A stretch of DNA of 32,111 nt from assembly GCA_002269645.1 (NCBI GenBank), contig NIVC01001005.1, positions 1-32,111 on the forward strand, given 5' to 3'. Under the pieces are notes generated by a model. That model was given only the letters and a program-made list of their open reading frames with translations. It ran no database searches and was not told the DNA's origin. The stretch is from Macrostomum lignano. Its lineage: Eukaryota. Each line of letters opens with the position of its first letter. The stretch's first letter is position 1. The position numbers were made by a program, and so were the translations under genes. This document shows positions 31,556-32,111 of the stretch, in pieces.

Positions 31556-32111
31556 TAGTACTTCAATGAAGCCTCAGTCACAGGTGGATATGCAATCCAG
31601 AACTGGGAGACACACAGCGGCAGTGGCCTGAACGCATCCATCAGAACTGGTTTCGCACTATTCATGCTGCCATGCCCCCAGCCTTTTGCTTGAAATCTGC
31701 CAAGAACAGGCGAAGCTCCTCAAGTTTGACAGGACATGAAATGATGAGTTAATGAAATAGTTTAATAAAATAAAGTCAACAAAGCAGCCCCAAAAAGGGC
31801 TCGCTCGATTTTCGCCAACCAACAGGCCGCTTGTCCAGTTTAAAGGGAGGAAATTAATGCCAAATCTTCAATTAAGACGAGCAAAAACACGGATTTGAGT
31901 CGACTGATTCATAAGAAACTCACTGTCCATACATTTTTGTTATTACGAAAAATGGAAAAAGTGCCTCATCTCTCTATGAAAACAGGATTATAGAAATACG
32001 CAAGCGCAAAGCTATTGAATGTAGCGATTAAGGGAATAACAAACGGCTTAGGCGCAAATCGGACTCATCATTCAATATGGCGCGCAAACCTGAATTTTTA
32101 GGAATAAATCA

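Overview
Eukaryotic (animal) genomic DNA, not a prokaryotic accessory region. Near-saturated GC3 exons, minisatellite-filled introns and lineage-type GPCRs resemble a free-living flatworm such as Macrostomum; this is my inference, no search was run. Genes, all on +: (1) the 3' end of a divergent AGC/RPS6KC1-like (pseudo)kinase with an apparent frameshift (1-397); (2) an intronless class A-like GPCR with a signal peptide and an unrecognised ~380-aa ectodomain (10131-12488); (3) a complete 5-exon signal peptide peptidase HM13/SPP (14646-20067, 398 aa); (4) a 2-exon melatonin-receptor/GPR84-like GPCR (24365-25731), followed by a tandem duplicate of its own 3' part (26534-~28580). Mobile elements: a 400-bp hAT-type MITE with a perfect 8-bp TSD in SPP intron 1, a 327-bp element with 18-bp inverted repeats, a decayed Ty3/gypsy integrase and a 5'-truncated RTE-like LINE. 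About 20 tandem arrays with 4-83 bp units explain most of the long ORFs in the track. Best leads: the GPCR ectodomain; a monotonic GC3 gradient (~34% to ~97%) along SPP; the repeat-anchored GPCR duplication, whose copies differ only in array length; arrays directly after every stop codon and sharing a GTGA(G/C) splice-donor-like core; and exactly 20 units of a 32-mer bracketed by a 12-bp direct repeat. I found no CRISPR array, RNA gene or multi-gene novel system that I can support.
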